A DNA stretch of 64,000 bases, taken from assembly GCA_019752125.1 (NCBI GenBank), contig JAIEMM010000006.1:6120-70119 (forward strand), given 5' to 3'. This DNA comes from Patescibacteria group bacterium (GTDB lineage Bacteria; Patescibacteriota; Minisyncoccia; Phycocordibacterales; SBAW01). This document shows positions 27,505-35,561 of this stretch, one piece after another. The notes under the pieces are model-generated. The model had not been told where the DNA came from, searched no databases, and worked only from the letters and a program-made list of their open reading frames with translations. Numbering within the stretch: the first letter of the stretch is position 1; every line of letters starts with the position of its first letter. Position numbers and translations under genes: made by a program.

Positions 27505-28602
27505 ATGAAATTTGAGACCAGTACAACAGAATTTCTCTCCGCGGTGGGGACAGCAACACGTTTTGTTGAACGTCGTGCAAACCTCCCTGTACTCGCTGGT
27601 ATTTTGATGGTTGCAGAAGGTGGACGTCTGACGCTCAGGGCAACTAACCTTGAGTGTGGGGTTGAGATCACTGTGCCGGCAAAAATTGCAACTGAAGGTA
27701 TGGTTGTTGTACCAGCAGGAGTGTTGTCCGGATTTTTAAATACAGCGCGAGGTAAGACAGTTTCAATATCTCTTGTTGGTGAGGTGTGTAAGGTGGAGAC
27801 AGAGCGTGCCTCAGCATCAATCAAAACGCTCCCACACGAAGATTTTCCAGTACTCCCACGTGTGTCTGCAGAACGCTCGTTTACAGCAAAGAGTGCGGAC
27901 TTGGCACGAGCTATTCGCAGTGTTGCGTATTGTGCATCACTTTCTGCTACAAAACCTGAACTACAGAGTGTATTACTCAGCGCTGATGGTGGAAAACTTA
28001 CAGCGGCAGCAACAGACTCATTCCGCCTCGCAGAAAAGGTCGTACCTCTTCGTGGCAGTGCATCAACACCACAACTTTTAGTGCCTGCACGTAATGCGGC
28101 AGAGCTTATGCGTATTCTTGATACTGCGGGAGGTGAGGCAGAGATTTATTTCAACGAAAACCAACTCTCAACCCACGTAGGAACTATTTACTACACCAGC
28201 CGCGTTATTGACGCTGCGTTTCCTAACTACAAACAAATTATTCCAAAGACATTTGCAACAGAAGCGCTTGTACTACGAGAAGATCTTGCGGTGGCACTCA
28301 AGTCAATCAGTATTTTTGCAGATAAATTTTCACACGTGTCTGTTTCTCTCGACCCTGTGAAGAAAACTCTTACACTTACGTCTCGTAACCCAGATGTGGG
28401 GGAGCAAGTGTGCACCCTTAAGGCGACCATAAGTGGCGAACCCTTCACAATGTCCTTCAATGGCCGCTATCTTGCCGACAGCCTCCAGTCAGCCCAAGGA
28501 GAAAGCATCAAAATCCAGGCTAATGGCCCCGGTAAGGCTATCCTTATCCGCGATGCGGGCGATGACTCATTCTTCTACCTCGCAATGCCAATGAACCGCT
28601 AA
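27505..28602 (+). CDS. dnaN: DNA polymerase III beta sliding clamp
   Basis: 365 aa with the three-domain beta-clamp pattern. Located directly after dnaA. Confidence 0.9.
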   Translation: MKFETSTTEFLSAVGTATRFVERRANLPVLAGILMVAEGGRLTLRATNLECGVEITVPAKIATEGMVVVPAGVLSGFLNTARGKTVSISLVGEVCKVETERASASIKTLPHEDFPVLPRVSAERSFTAKSADLARAIRSVAYCASLSATKPELQSVLLSADGGKLTAAATDSFRLAEKVVPLRGSASTPQLLVPARNAAELMRILDTAGGEAEIYFNENQLSTHVGTIYYTSRVIDAAFPNYKQIIPKTFATEALVLREDLAVALKSISIFADKFSHVSVSLDPVKKTLTLTSRNPDVGEQVCTLKATISGEPFTMSFNGRYLADSLQSAQGESIKIQANGPGKAILIRDAGDDSFFYLAMPMNR

Positions 28603-29138
28603 TGGCGCTCTACTTCATTACAGGAAGTAAAAACAAAGTCGCTGAGGTTCAGTCAGTGCTGCCTGACATAGAGCAGATGGAAATTAATCTGCCGGAAGTA
28701 CAGGAGCTCGACCCACATACAATACTTGCAGCAAAACTCGCTGAAGCACAAAAACACCATAAGGGAGAATTCATCGTCGAAGACACATCTCTTTATTTTG
28801 AAGGAATGAATGGCTTGCCGGGGCCTTTTGTTAAATGGTTTTTCGAAGCACTGGGTGCGGGAGGGTTAGCCTCCCTCGCAGAGTTCTATGGAGGGAAGGC
28901 GACTGCAAAAACTTTGATTGGGTATGCTGACGAAAAGGGCGAGGTGCAATTTTTTGAAGGGGAGATGAAAGGAATGATAGTGCAACCTAGGACCCCAAGC
29001 GGCTTTGGGTGGGACAATATTTTTGTACCAGAAGGCTACGATAAAACCTTTGGAGAACTCGGACCTGAAATAAAAAATACTATCAGCATGCGTGTCCAAG
29101 CTGCGCGAAAGCTCAAAGAGTATTTAGATACGAAATAA
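28602..29138 (+). CDS. rdgB: non-canonical purine NTP pyrophosphatase (RdgB/Ham1 family)
   Basis: FITGSKNKVAEV N-terminus and the Ham1 motifs (EDTSLYF…GLPGPFVKWF…FGWDNIFVP). Start overlaps the dnaN stop. Confidence 0.85.
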   Translation: MALYFITGSKNKVAEVQSVLPDIEQMEINLPEVQELDPHTILAAKLAEAQKHHKGEFIVEDTSLYFEGMNGLPGPFVKWFFEALGAGGLASLAEFYGGKATAKTLIGYADEKGEVQFFEGEMKGMIVQPRTPSGFGWDNIFVPEGYDKTFGELGPEIKNTISMRVQAARKLKEYLDTK

Positions 29139-29179
29139 AATTAGGCGAGGTCCGACCTCGCCTAATTTTTACTGCGTAG
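29139..29179 (+). repeat. 36-nt hairpin-containing repeat, copy 1 (also an rdgB terminator: aattaggcgagg-tccga-cctcgcctaatt + TTTTT, then actgcgtag)
   Basis: 12-bp stem with a 5-nt loop immediately after the rdgB stop, followed by a T-run. The unit ggcgaggtccgacctcgccTaattTttactgcgtag recurs 554 bp downstream. Confidence 0.7.
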
Positions 29180-29228
29180 AAATAAAAAGCCCAACGGATT
29201 GCTCCGTGGGCTCGTGGAATGTAGGGCT

Positions 29229-29630
29229 TCAGTGAAGCTGGACTTCAGCGGCGGCATAGGCGCGAGCCAGAGCGTCCGTGTAGGAAATTGGAGCTTCACC
29301 GCGTGCGCCGTATATCATGTGCGCGTCGGCGGAATCTTCGTCCGGCCGCCAGAACTTCCAGACGAAGGTCCGAGCGATCTCTGAATTCGGGTGCGCTTCC
29401 CTGATTCGTTCCCAGACCTGCACGAGGCGCTGGCCGGGCACAGAGCGCTCGTCGAACGGCAACGGCAGAAAGTTCGACATGATGCCGCCCTTGAGCGCGA
29501 TGTTCTCCAAGGTCTGGCAGAGTTCGAGGTCTGTACCGGCAATGACGGCCCATAAGACCCGTCCGACTTTGTGATCACACCACCCCAGAACCTGGTTGGC
29601 AGAAACGCATAGCTTCGACAACTCTTGCAT
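29229..29630 (-). CDS. hypothetical 133-aa protein encoded in GC-rich cassette
   Basis: ORF 29229..29786 trimmed to the internal Met at 29630. That Met has a perfect AGGAGG Shine–Dalgarno 7 nt upstream (…accaggaggcaagccATG). The longer N-terminal extension would read through the hairpin repeat and overlap the PBP gene. Local GC is about 60% against about 48% in the surroundings. Confidence 0.5.
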   Translation of the reverse strand: MQELSKLCVSANQVLGWCDHKVGRVLWAVIAGTDLELCQTLENIALKGGIMSNFLPLPFDERSVPGQRLVQVWERIREAHPNSEIARTFVWKFWRPDEDSADAHMIYGARGEAPISYTDALARAYAAAEVQLH

Positions 29631-29691
29631 GGCTTGCCTCCTGGTTATACAGCCACAGGCACAGTACCATAGCTCCAAAAAATATCTAGCT

Positions 29692-29733
29692 ATGATGGGC
29701 GAGGTCCGACCTCGCCCAATTGTTACTGCGTAG
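29692..29733 (+). repeat. 36-nt hairpin-containing repeat, copy 2 (34/36 identical to copy 1; contains last two codons and stop of PBP gene)
   Basis: gggcgagg-tccga-cctcgccCaattGttactgcgtag. The PBP1A gene on the minus strand ends …TQ* inside the ttactgcgtag part. Confidence 0.7.
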
Positions 29734-31825
29734 GGGCAGAGGCGCCGCCGTGGGAGGCGAGCCATTGCTGGACTGAGTAGTCCCAACGGGTGAACTGAGG
29801 GTCATTGGCAGGGTTTGAAGGCTGTGGGCCGTTTGGATTGTCTTTATCTACCCAGTAGAGGATCTCGTGAAGCTGGCCATCACTACCTGGTATCTGCCAC
29901 TGGCCGCGAAGAACTGGCTTAAGGCCACTTTGGTCAACTTCTGTGCGAGTAAATGACACAGTAGGGAGTTTCTGCAGGGCATAAGCCATAAACTCATTCC
30001 ACATAGGACCTACGATAAAGCCTGAAACCTTGCGCACCATAGGGGTATTGTCATTGTTCCCAACCCACATACCTACGACGAGATTTGGTGTATAGCCGAT
30101 AGTCCATGCGTCTTTATAGTCGTTTGTAGTACCTGTTTTAACTGCTACATCGTGCCCAGGGAAGGTGAAGAGATTGTTCTCGCCAAGTGGAGAGCGTGCA
30201 ACAGGGTCTGAAAGGATGTCATTTATTTCCCGAGCAACAGAAGACTCTAATACCTGTGTGCCTGCAGTTTGTGCGTTATCTTCAATCACATTTCCGTTTG
30301 CGTCCTCGATCTTCATAACGCTTATTGGTTGATATTTCACACCATCGGTTGCGAACACCCCGTACGCACTCGACATATCAAGAAGCGTTGCTTCGCCGCC
30401 GCCGAGTACCAGCGTAAGTCCATATTGGTTTGCGTTGCTAAGTGTCGAGATGCCCATAGATTTTGCGAGCTCTAAGCTATTATTGATCCCCGCAAGATAG
30501 AGGGCTTTGATAGCAGGAACGTTGATCGACTGTGCAAGGGCGTCACGTAGAGTCATAGGCCCACGGAACTTGCCGTCATAGTTGTCAGGAGAATAACACG
30601 GCGCAGTTTTGTTTCCTGTATCATACGCAGAGCATGAGGTAGAGAATTGTGTCTGAGTATCAAACACCACTGTGTCGGGTGTGTACCCCTCTTCAAATGC
30701 TTTGGCGTATACAAAAGGTTTAAATGCAGAACCCGGCTGGCGCTGTGCCAACGTAACGTTAAAGTTGCCGCCGATCTCTGTGTCGAAGTAATTACGAGAC
30801 CCAACCATTACAAGAATTTGTCCGTTCGTAGGGTCAAGCGCGATCATGCCGGCATTTGAAGCGTTAAAGTTTGTCTGCTGTGTTGCTGCACGTGCTTGCA
30901 CAACTTCTTCTGCTTTCTGCTGCAAGTCTGCGTCGAGTGTGGTTGTAACCTTCCACCCGCCCTGTTCTGCGGCCTCAGGGCCGTATTTTTGTTCAAGATA
31001 TTGTTGAACATAAAAGACAAAGTGTGGTGCGGAAATAGAAGATGTGCGCTGAGGAACGAACGTAACAACTTCTTTTTCTGCCGCAACTCTCTGTTCTGCC
31101 GTTAGATAGCCATGCTCCTCCATCTTCTCAAGCACCAAATTCTTTCTCGCGTCCAACAGGTCTTTATGGTTTCCATATGGAGAGAAACGAGACGGCGCAG
31201 GCAAAACCGCAGCAAGATATGCGGCTTCAGCAACATCAACATCACTCGCATGTTTCCCAAAGAATGTCTGTGCCGCCTGTTCAACACCATAAATATTTCC
31301 TCCGTACGGTGCGTGGTTAAGGTACAGCTCTAAGATTTGTGACTTAGTGAGTGAGCGTTCTATCTTAAGGGACAGAAGCCACTCTTCGATTTTGCGGATA
31401 GGACTTTTTGCACCCGTAAGAAGTGTAAGTTTGACTACTTGCTGGGTGATGGTTGATCCGCCTTGTGAAGCGGATAGAGTAAGAATGTCCACCATGATTG
31501 CGCGGGCGATAGCTCTAAATTCGATCCCAGGATGTTGGTAGAAGTTTGGATCCTCAATAGAGAGGGTGGCGTTCTGGATGTTCTGGCTTACGGAAGAAAG
31601 GGGGACGACTGTTCTGTTCGTGTTGTTGTTGAGGCTGTAGAGCAGCACGGTGCCAGTGCGGTCATAGATTTTGGTTGATTGTTCAACCTTGCGCGACTCA
31701 AGAGAGGCGAGGTCTGGCACTTTTAGACTAGAAGCCCATAGAAAAATGATGCCAAGCAAAAAGAACCCTAAACCGAAGAGCCAGACGAGGGTTACACGCC
31801 AATGCTTTCGCAAATAACGCCACAT
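29723..31825 (-). CDS. class A penicillin-binding protein (PBP1A-type transglycosylase/transpeptidase)
   Basis: N-terminal TM. GT51 motifs (…SIEDPNFYQHPGIEFRAI…GGSTITQQVVK…). Transpeptidase SxxK (SAFKPF), SxN and KTG(T) (KTGTTND). Confidence 0.9.
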   Translation of the reverse strand: MWRYLRKHWRVTLVWLFGLGFFLLGIIFLWASSLKVPDLASLESRKVEQSTKIYDRTGTVLLYSLNNNTNRTVVPLSSVSQNIQNATLSIEDPNFYQHPGIEFRAIARAIMVDILTLSASQGGSTITQQVVKLTLLTGAKSPIRKIEEWLLSLKIERSLTKSQILELYLNHAPYGGNIYGVEQAAQTFFGKHASDVDVAEAAYLAAVLPAPSRFSPYGNHKDLLDARKNLVLEKMEEHGYLTAEQRVAAEKEVVTFVPQRTSSISAPHFVFYVQQYLEQKYGPEAAEQGGWKVTTTLDADLQQKAEEVVQARAATQQTNFNASNAGMIALDPTNGQILVMVGSRNYFDTEIGGNFNVTLAQRQPGSAFKPFVYAKAFEEGYTPDTVVFDTQTQFSTSCSAYDTGNKTAPCYSPDNYDGKFRGPMTLRDALAQSINVPAIKALYLAGINNSLELAKSMGISTLSNANQYGLTLVLGGGEATLLDMSSAYGVFATDGVKYQPISVMKIEDANGNVIEDNAQTAGTQVLESSVAREINDILSDPVARSPLGENNLFTFPGHDVAVKTGTTNDYKDAWTIGYTPNLVVGMWVGNNDNTPMVRKVSGFIVGPMWNEFMAYALQKLPTVSFTRTEVDQSGLKPVLRGQWQIPGSDGQLHEILYWVDKDNPNGPQPSNPANDPQFTRWDYSVQQWLASHGGASAPTQ

Positions 31826-31854
31826 TGGTGTTAGTATAGCAGGTATAACCTTAT

Positions 31855-33027
31855 ATGGGACTTTTTTCGAAAAGGCAGGCGGTTATAACCGACGAAACAA
31901 AAATAAATGAACTTTTAACGCGCGGCGTTGAAAATCTCGTGCCGCGCGAACTTGCGGTAAAGAAGCTTCGCTCAGGCGACCGTCTGCGCGTGTACTGGGG
32001 GATAGACCCAACAGGTACCAAGATCCATCTTGGACATACGCTTTCGCTACGAAAGCTAAAAGCGTTTAGCGATCTTGGCCACGAAGTCATTTTGGTTATA
32101 GGAAGCTTTACGGCGATGATCGGCGACCCAACCGGCCGCGATGCTCAGCGTGCTCCACTTACAAAAGAGCAGGTAGAAGAAAATTTCCAAGACTACAAAC
32201 GCCAAGCGCAGAAGATTCTAGATTTTTCTAAGATCGAAATCCGTAAAAACGGCGACTGGCTTTCACCACTCAATTTCTCTGAAATAATCAAACTTGCAAG
32301 CAACTTTACGGTCCAACAGATGTTGAAGCGCGATATGTTCCAGCGCCGTATAGAAGAAGATAAGCCAATTTCGCTCCATGAGTTTCTCTACCCTTTGATG
32401 GTTGGGTACGACTCTGTCGTGCTTGATGTGGACTGTGAACTTGGCGGCAGCGATCAAGAGTTCAATATGCTCGCAGGGCGGCACTTGCAGCAGGCTATGG
32501 GCAAGCGCGATAAGTTTGTGCTCACAACTAAGCTTTTGGAAGGCACAGATGGCCGCAAGATGAGCAAGTCTTTCAACAACTGCGTGTACCTCGATGACGC
32601 ACCTTCAGATATGTACGGCAAGCTTATGTCTGTTAAGGATGAATTGCTTCCGGTCTACTTCGAATCTGCTACAGATATACCAATGGAAGAAGCGGCAGAA
32701 ATTCTCAAGGGCCACCCTAAAGAAGCAAAGATGCGCCTTGCCCGCGAGATTGTGACTATGTATCACAACCGCGCCGCTGCAGAAAAAGCAGAAGCCGATT
32801 GGACTAACACATTCAGCGACGGGGGAGTGCCAGAAAATATTCCTACAGTGTCTGCTGGGAAACTACGCGACCTTGTTGAAGGTGTCTCTATGAGTGAGCT
32901 TCGTCGTTTAGTAGAACAGGGTGCAGTCTCTTCCGTTATCTCTGGAAATAAAATAGAAAGCATTGAAGCAGAAATCAAAAACGATACTCTCCGTATCGGA
33001 AAGCATCGCTTTTTAAAGGTGAACTAA
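31855..33027 (+). CDS. tyrS: tyrosine–tRNA ligase
   Basis: Class I HIGH (IHLGHTLS) and KMSKS (KMSKSFNN) motifs, plus a C-terminal S4-like domain. The annotated start is only 29 nt from the divergent PBP start, so the true start codon may differ. Confidence 0.88.
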   Translation: MGLFSKRQAVITDETKINELLTRGVENLVPRELAVKKLRSGDRLRVYWGIDPTGTKIHLGHTLSLRKLKAFSDLGHEVILVIGSFTAMIGDPTGRDAQRAPLTKEQVEENFQDYKRQAQKILDFSKIEIRKNGDWLSPLNFSEIIKLASNFTVQQMLKRDMFQRRIEEDKPISLHEFLYPLMVGYDSVVLDVDCELGGSDQEFNMLAGRHLQQAMGKRDKFVLTTKLLEGTDGRKMSKSFNNCVYLDDAPSDMYGKLMSVKDELLPVYFESATDIPMEEAAEILKGHPKEAKMRLAREIVTMYHNRAAAEKAEADWTNTFSDGGVPENIPTVSAGKLRDLVEGVSMSELRRLVEQGAVSSVISGNKIESIEAEIKNDTLRIGKHRFLKVN

Positions 33028-33030
33028 ACT

Positions 33031-33186
33031 TTATTCCTCGGGTTCTTCGCCGAAGCCAGCTGAGAAGTCATCATCATCTTCTCCTTCTAGGTCTTCGTCG
33101 CCCTCGAGTTCTTCATCCTCGGTGGCAGTTTCGGTTTCTTCTTCCTCCTCATCGAGCAAGAACTCTTCTGCAAACTCTTCACTCAT
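33031..33186 (-). CDS. possible very acidic 51-aa protein (MSEEFAEEFLLDEEEEETETATEDEELEGDEDLEGEDDDDFSAGFGEEPEE)
   Basis: Uninterrupted minus-strand reading frame between tyrS and ruvC, more than 55% Asp/Glu. Not in the ORF track (<60 aa). The ribosome-binding site is weak. Confidence 0.3.
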   Translation of the reverse strand: MSEEFAEEFLLDEEEEETETATEDEELEGDEDLEGEDDDDFSAGFGEEPEE

Positions 33187-33244
33187 ACTTCGTTTCTTAA
33201 CTTAATAATTTTAAGCAATGGAATAACTAACAATGAGATTTGTA

Positions 33245-33721
33245 TCAAGAAAACCTATTTGATGCAAGGCATGTAAGTCCAACTGCAATGGCGTCCATCT
33301 CATCATCCAGGCGCTTCTTTTCAGGGATGGTTATAAGGCGAGGAACCATGGCTGCAATTGCGGCTTTATCGCCCTTGCCATAGCCTGTAATAGCTACTTT
33401 TACCTGTAAGGGAGTGTATTCGTGTACAGGAAGCCCTACGGAGCTCGCTATATAGAGAAGCATGCCACGTACGCCCGCCACATCCATGGCGGTCTTGGCG
33501 TTCTTTTCAAAGAAGATACTTTCTACTGCAACACAGCCTGGCTGCCAGAGATCAATGGTTGCTTGCACCGCAACACCAAGTTCTGCGAGACGCTGAGGAA
33601 AGGTGAGTTTAGCGGATGTTCGTACGCATTCAGAATGAAGCAAGACTTCCTTACCTTTAATTTTTTCTACAACAGCAATACCGAGGCGTTCGAAGCCGGG
33701 GTCAAATGCGAGTACTCTCAT
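33245..33721 (-). CDS. ruvC: crossover junction endodeoxyribonuclease RuvC
   Basis: MRVLAFDPGFERLGIAVVE N-terminus and the RuvC catalytic Asp/Glu pattern. 158 aa. Confidence 0.9.
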   Translation of the reverse strand: MRVLAFDPGFERLGIAVVEKIKGKEVLLHSECVRTSAKLTFPQRLAELGVAVQATIDLWQPGCVAVESIFFEKNAKTAMDVAGVRGMLLYIASSVGLPVHEYTPLQVKVAITGYGKGDKAAIAAMVPRLITIPEKKRLDDEMDAIAVGLTCLASNRFS

Positions 33722-33733
33722 AGCACGATTGTA

Positions 33734-34258
33734 CTACGCTGCGCTTGTATAGACTTCGCTCACGTCGTCGTGCTCTTCAAGGGCGTCAGAAAGGTCGGCC
33801 ATTTTTTGAGAATCTTCGTCCGAGAGTTCAATAGGGGAAAGAGGCTCTAGTTTGCCTTCAGCATTTTTCTGGAAGGCCCACATAGCTGCGCCTGGTGTTG
33901 CAATACTGCCACCATGTTCGCTCAAGAGGTGTTTAAGTTCCTGCACAGTGCGATTTTTTGAGTCTGTGTAGCCTTCGATGATAAGCGCACAGCCTCCTGG
34001 GCCATATGCTTCATATATAACGTGCTCGAGCTCTTTCCCGTCAGCCTTAGCCAATGCGCGTTCAATATTGTCGCTGGGCATGTTTGCAGCCTTGGCCTTT
34101 TCAATTGCCACACGCACACCGGGCGCAGTCTTGTCGCCTTTAGCCTGCTTGAGTTCGCTGCTGATAATTTTTACCAACTTACTGAAAAGCTTCGACTTCT
34201 GTGCGTCGGTTTTACCCTTAGTATGTTTTAATTTCGCCCATTTACTATGTCCTGCCAT
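33734..34258 (-). CDS. yebC: YebC/PmpR-family protein (short form, 174 aa)
   Basis: MAGHSKWAKLKHTKGK N-terminus is the YebC signature. It is shorter than the ~240-aa canonical form. Located between ruvC and ruvB. Confidence 0.8.
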   Translation of the reverse strand: MAGHSKWAKLKHTKGKTDAQKSKLFSKLVKIISSELKQAKGDKTAPGVRVAIEKAKAANMPSDNIERALAKADGKELEHVIYEAYGPGGCALIIEGYTDSKNRTVQELKHLLSEHGGSIATPGAAMWAFQKNAEGKLEPLSPIELSDEDSQKMADLSDALEEHDDVSEVYTSAA

Positions 34259-34267
34259 AAAGGGATT

Positions 34268-35290
34268 TTACAAAAGTTTTTCGTTCAAGTCAGCAGGAGG
34301 AGTTCTGCCCACGTGTCTGTAGGCAGCAGCAGTAGCAACGCGCCCACGAGGAGTGCGTTCGATAAGGCCAAGCTGCAAGAGGAATGGTTCATGCACATCA
34401 GCAATGGTTGAAGGCTCTTCAGAAAGCGCTGCGCCAAGTGCTCCAACGCCAGCGGGCCCGCCATTAAAGCGGTCTATAAGTGCAATAAGAAGTTTACGGT
34501 CGATAGGTGTAAGGCCAAGCACATCAACTTCAAGTAAGTTAAGTGCCTCAGTTACCATTTTTTCAGAAAGAGGTTCACGTTTAAGCTGTGCGTAGTCGCG
34601 GGCGCGTTTCAAAAGGTAGTTTGCGGTGCGGGGAGTAGAGCGGCTGCGGCGAGCAATTTCACGAATGCCACTTTCTTCGACATCAACACCTAAGATTTTT
34701 CCTGAGCGGCGAACGATGTCAGCAATGTTGTCTTCTGAATAAAATTCCAAACGATATACGCCGCCAGAGAATCGTGAGCGAAGTGGTGCAGACAGATCTG
34801 CTACTCGTGTAGTTGCGGCAATTAGTGTAAATGGCGGCAACGGCAAATCCAGCGTTCGTGCCGAAGGGCCTTTACCTATAATGATATTAAGAGAGCCCGA
34901 CTCCATAGCAGGGTAGAGGACTTCTTCAATAGAACGAGAAAGACGATGGATTTCATCGATAAACAAAATATCGCCAGGTGCAAGGTTGGTAAGAAGTGCT
35001 GCTAAGTCGCCAACACGTTCAATAGCAGGGCCTGATGTTGAACGAAGCGTGCTGCCAAGTTCGTTTGCAATGAGGTGTGCAAGAGTTGTTTTCCCAAGAC
35101 CTGGTGGCCCGTAAAAAAGGATGTGTTCAGGTGGGTTTTGACGCTCTTTTGCAGCACCTAAAAGGATTTTTAAATTGTTTTTGATTGTTTCTTGCCCGAT
35201 ATATTCGTCAAATGTGGCTGGGCGTAAGGATGTATCTAAAAAGGCATCATTCCGGGGCTGGACAAGTGGTTCCTCGGATGTGCTTGACAT
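34268..35290 (-). CDS. ruvB: Holliday junction branch-migration helicase RuvB
   Basis: [13 protein letters not shown]…, Walker A ([11 protein letters not shown]), Walker B ([10 protein letters not shown]) and a C-terminal winged helix. Confidence 0.95.
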   Translation of the reverse strand: MSSTSEEPLVQPRNDAFLDTSLRPATFDEYIGQETIKNNLKILLGAAKERQNPPEHILFYGPPGLGKTTLAHLIANELGSTLRSTSGPAIERVGDLAALLTNLAPGDILFIDEIHRLSRSIEEVLYPAMESGSLNIIIGKGPSARTLDLPLPPFTLIAATTRVADLSAPLRSRFSGGVYRLEFYSEDNIADIVRRSGKILGVDVEESGIREIARRSRSTPRTANYLLKRARDYAQLKREPLSEKMVTEALNLLEVDVLGLTPIDRKLLIALIDRFNGGPAGVGALGAALSEEPSTIADVHEPFLLQLGLIERTPRGRVATAAAYRHVGRTPPADLNEKLL

Positions 35291-35324
35291 ACAATAAGTA
35301 CTATGCTAGGATATATTCAGTTCG

Positions 35325-35465
35325 GGCTACAGAGATCTCTAAGCAAACTCGGCGTCGCGATAAGGACGTTTCGGCTTTTACTTTACGTAAATAGCGGAGG
35401 CTATCCTCAACTGCGACACGCTTTTCGACTTGATTGAAATGTTGCTTAGAGATCTCTTGGCCCGA
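35325..35465. repeat. ~140-nt imperfect inverted repeat (27-nt arms ttcgggctacagagatctctaagcaaac / gttgcttagagatctcttggcccgaa) enclosing an inner stem
   Basis: Arms at about 35325-35352 and 35438-35465 are reverse complements with 2–3 mismatches. The inner gcgtcgcg…gcgacacgc is also self-complementary. It lies in the divergent region upstream of ruvB. Confidence 0.45.
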
Positions 35466-35561
35466 ACCTACTCTAACTCTACTCCTACCCTTAAAACCCG
35501 CAACGTTGACCGCGGGTTTTGTTGTGTTAGTGTTTTCGAGGACAAAACGAAAGGGACCAAG

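Noticed and set aside
29229-29786. Full 185-aa extent of the cassette ORF
   Set aside because: The first 52 codons read through hairpin repeat copy 2 and overlap the PBP1A 3' end. The internal Met at 29630 has a perfect AGGAGG RBS, so the shorter 133-aa form was adopted.
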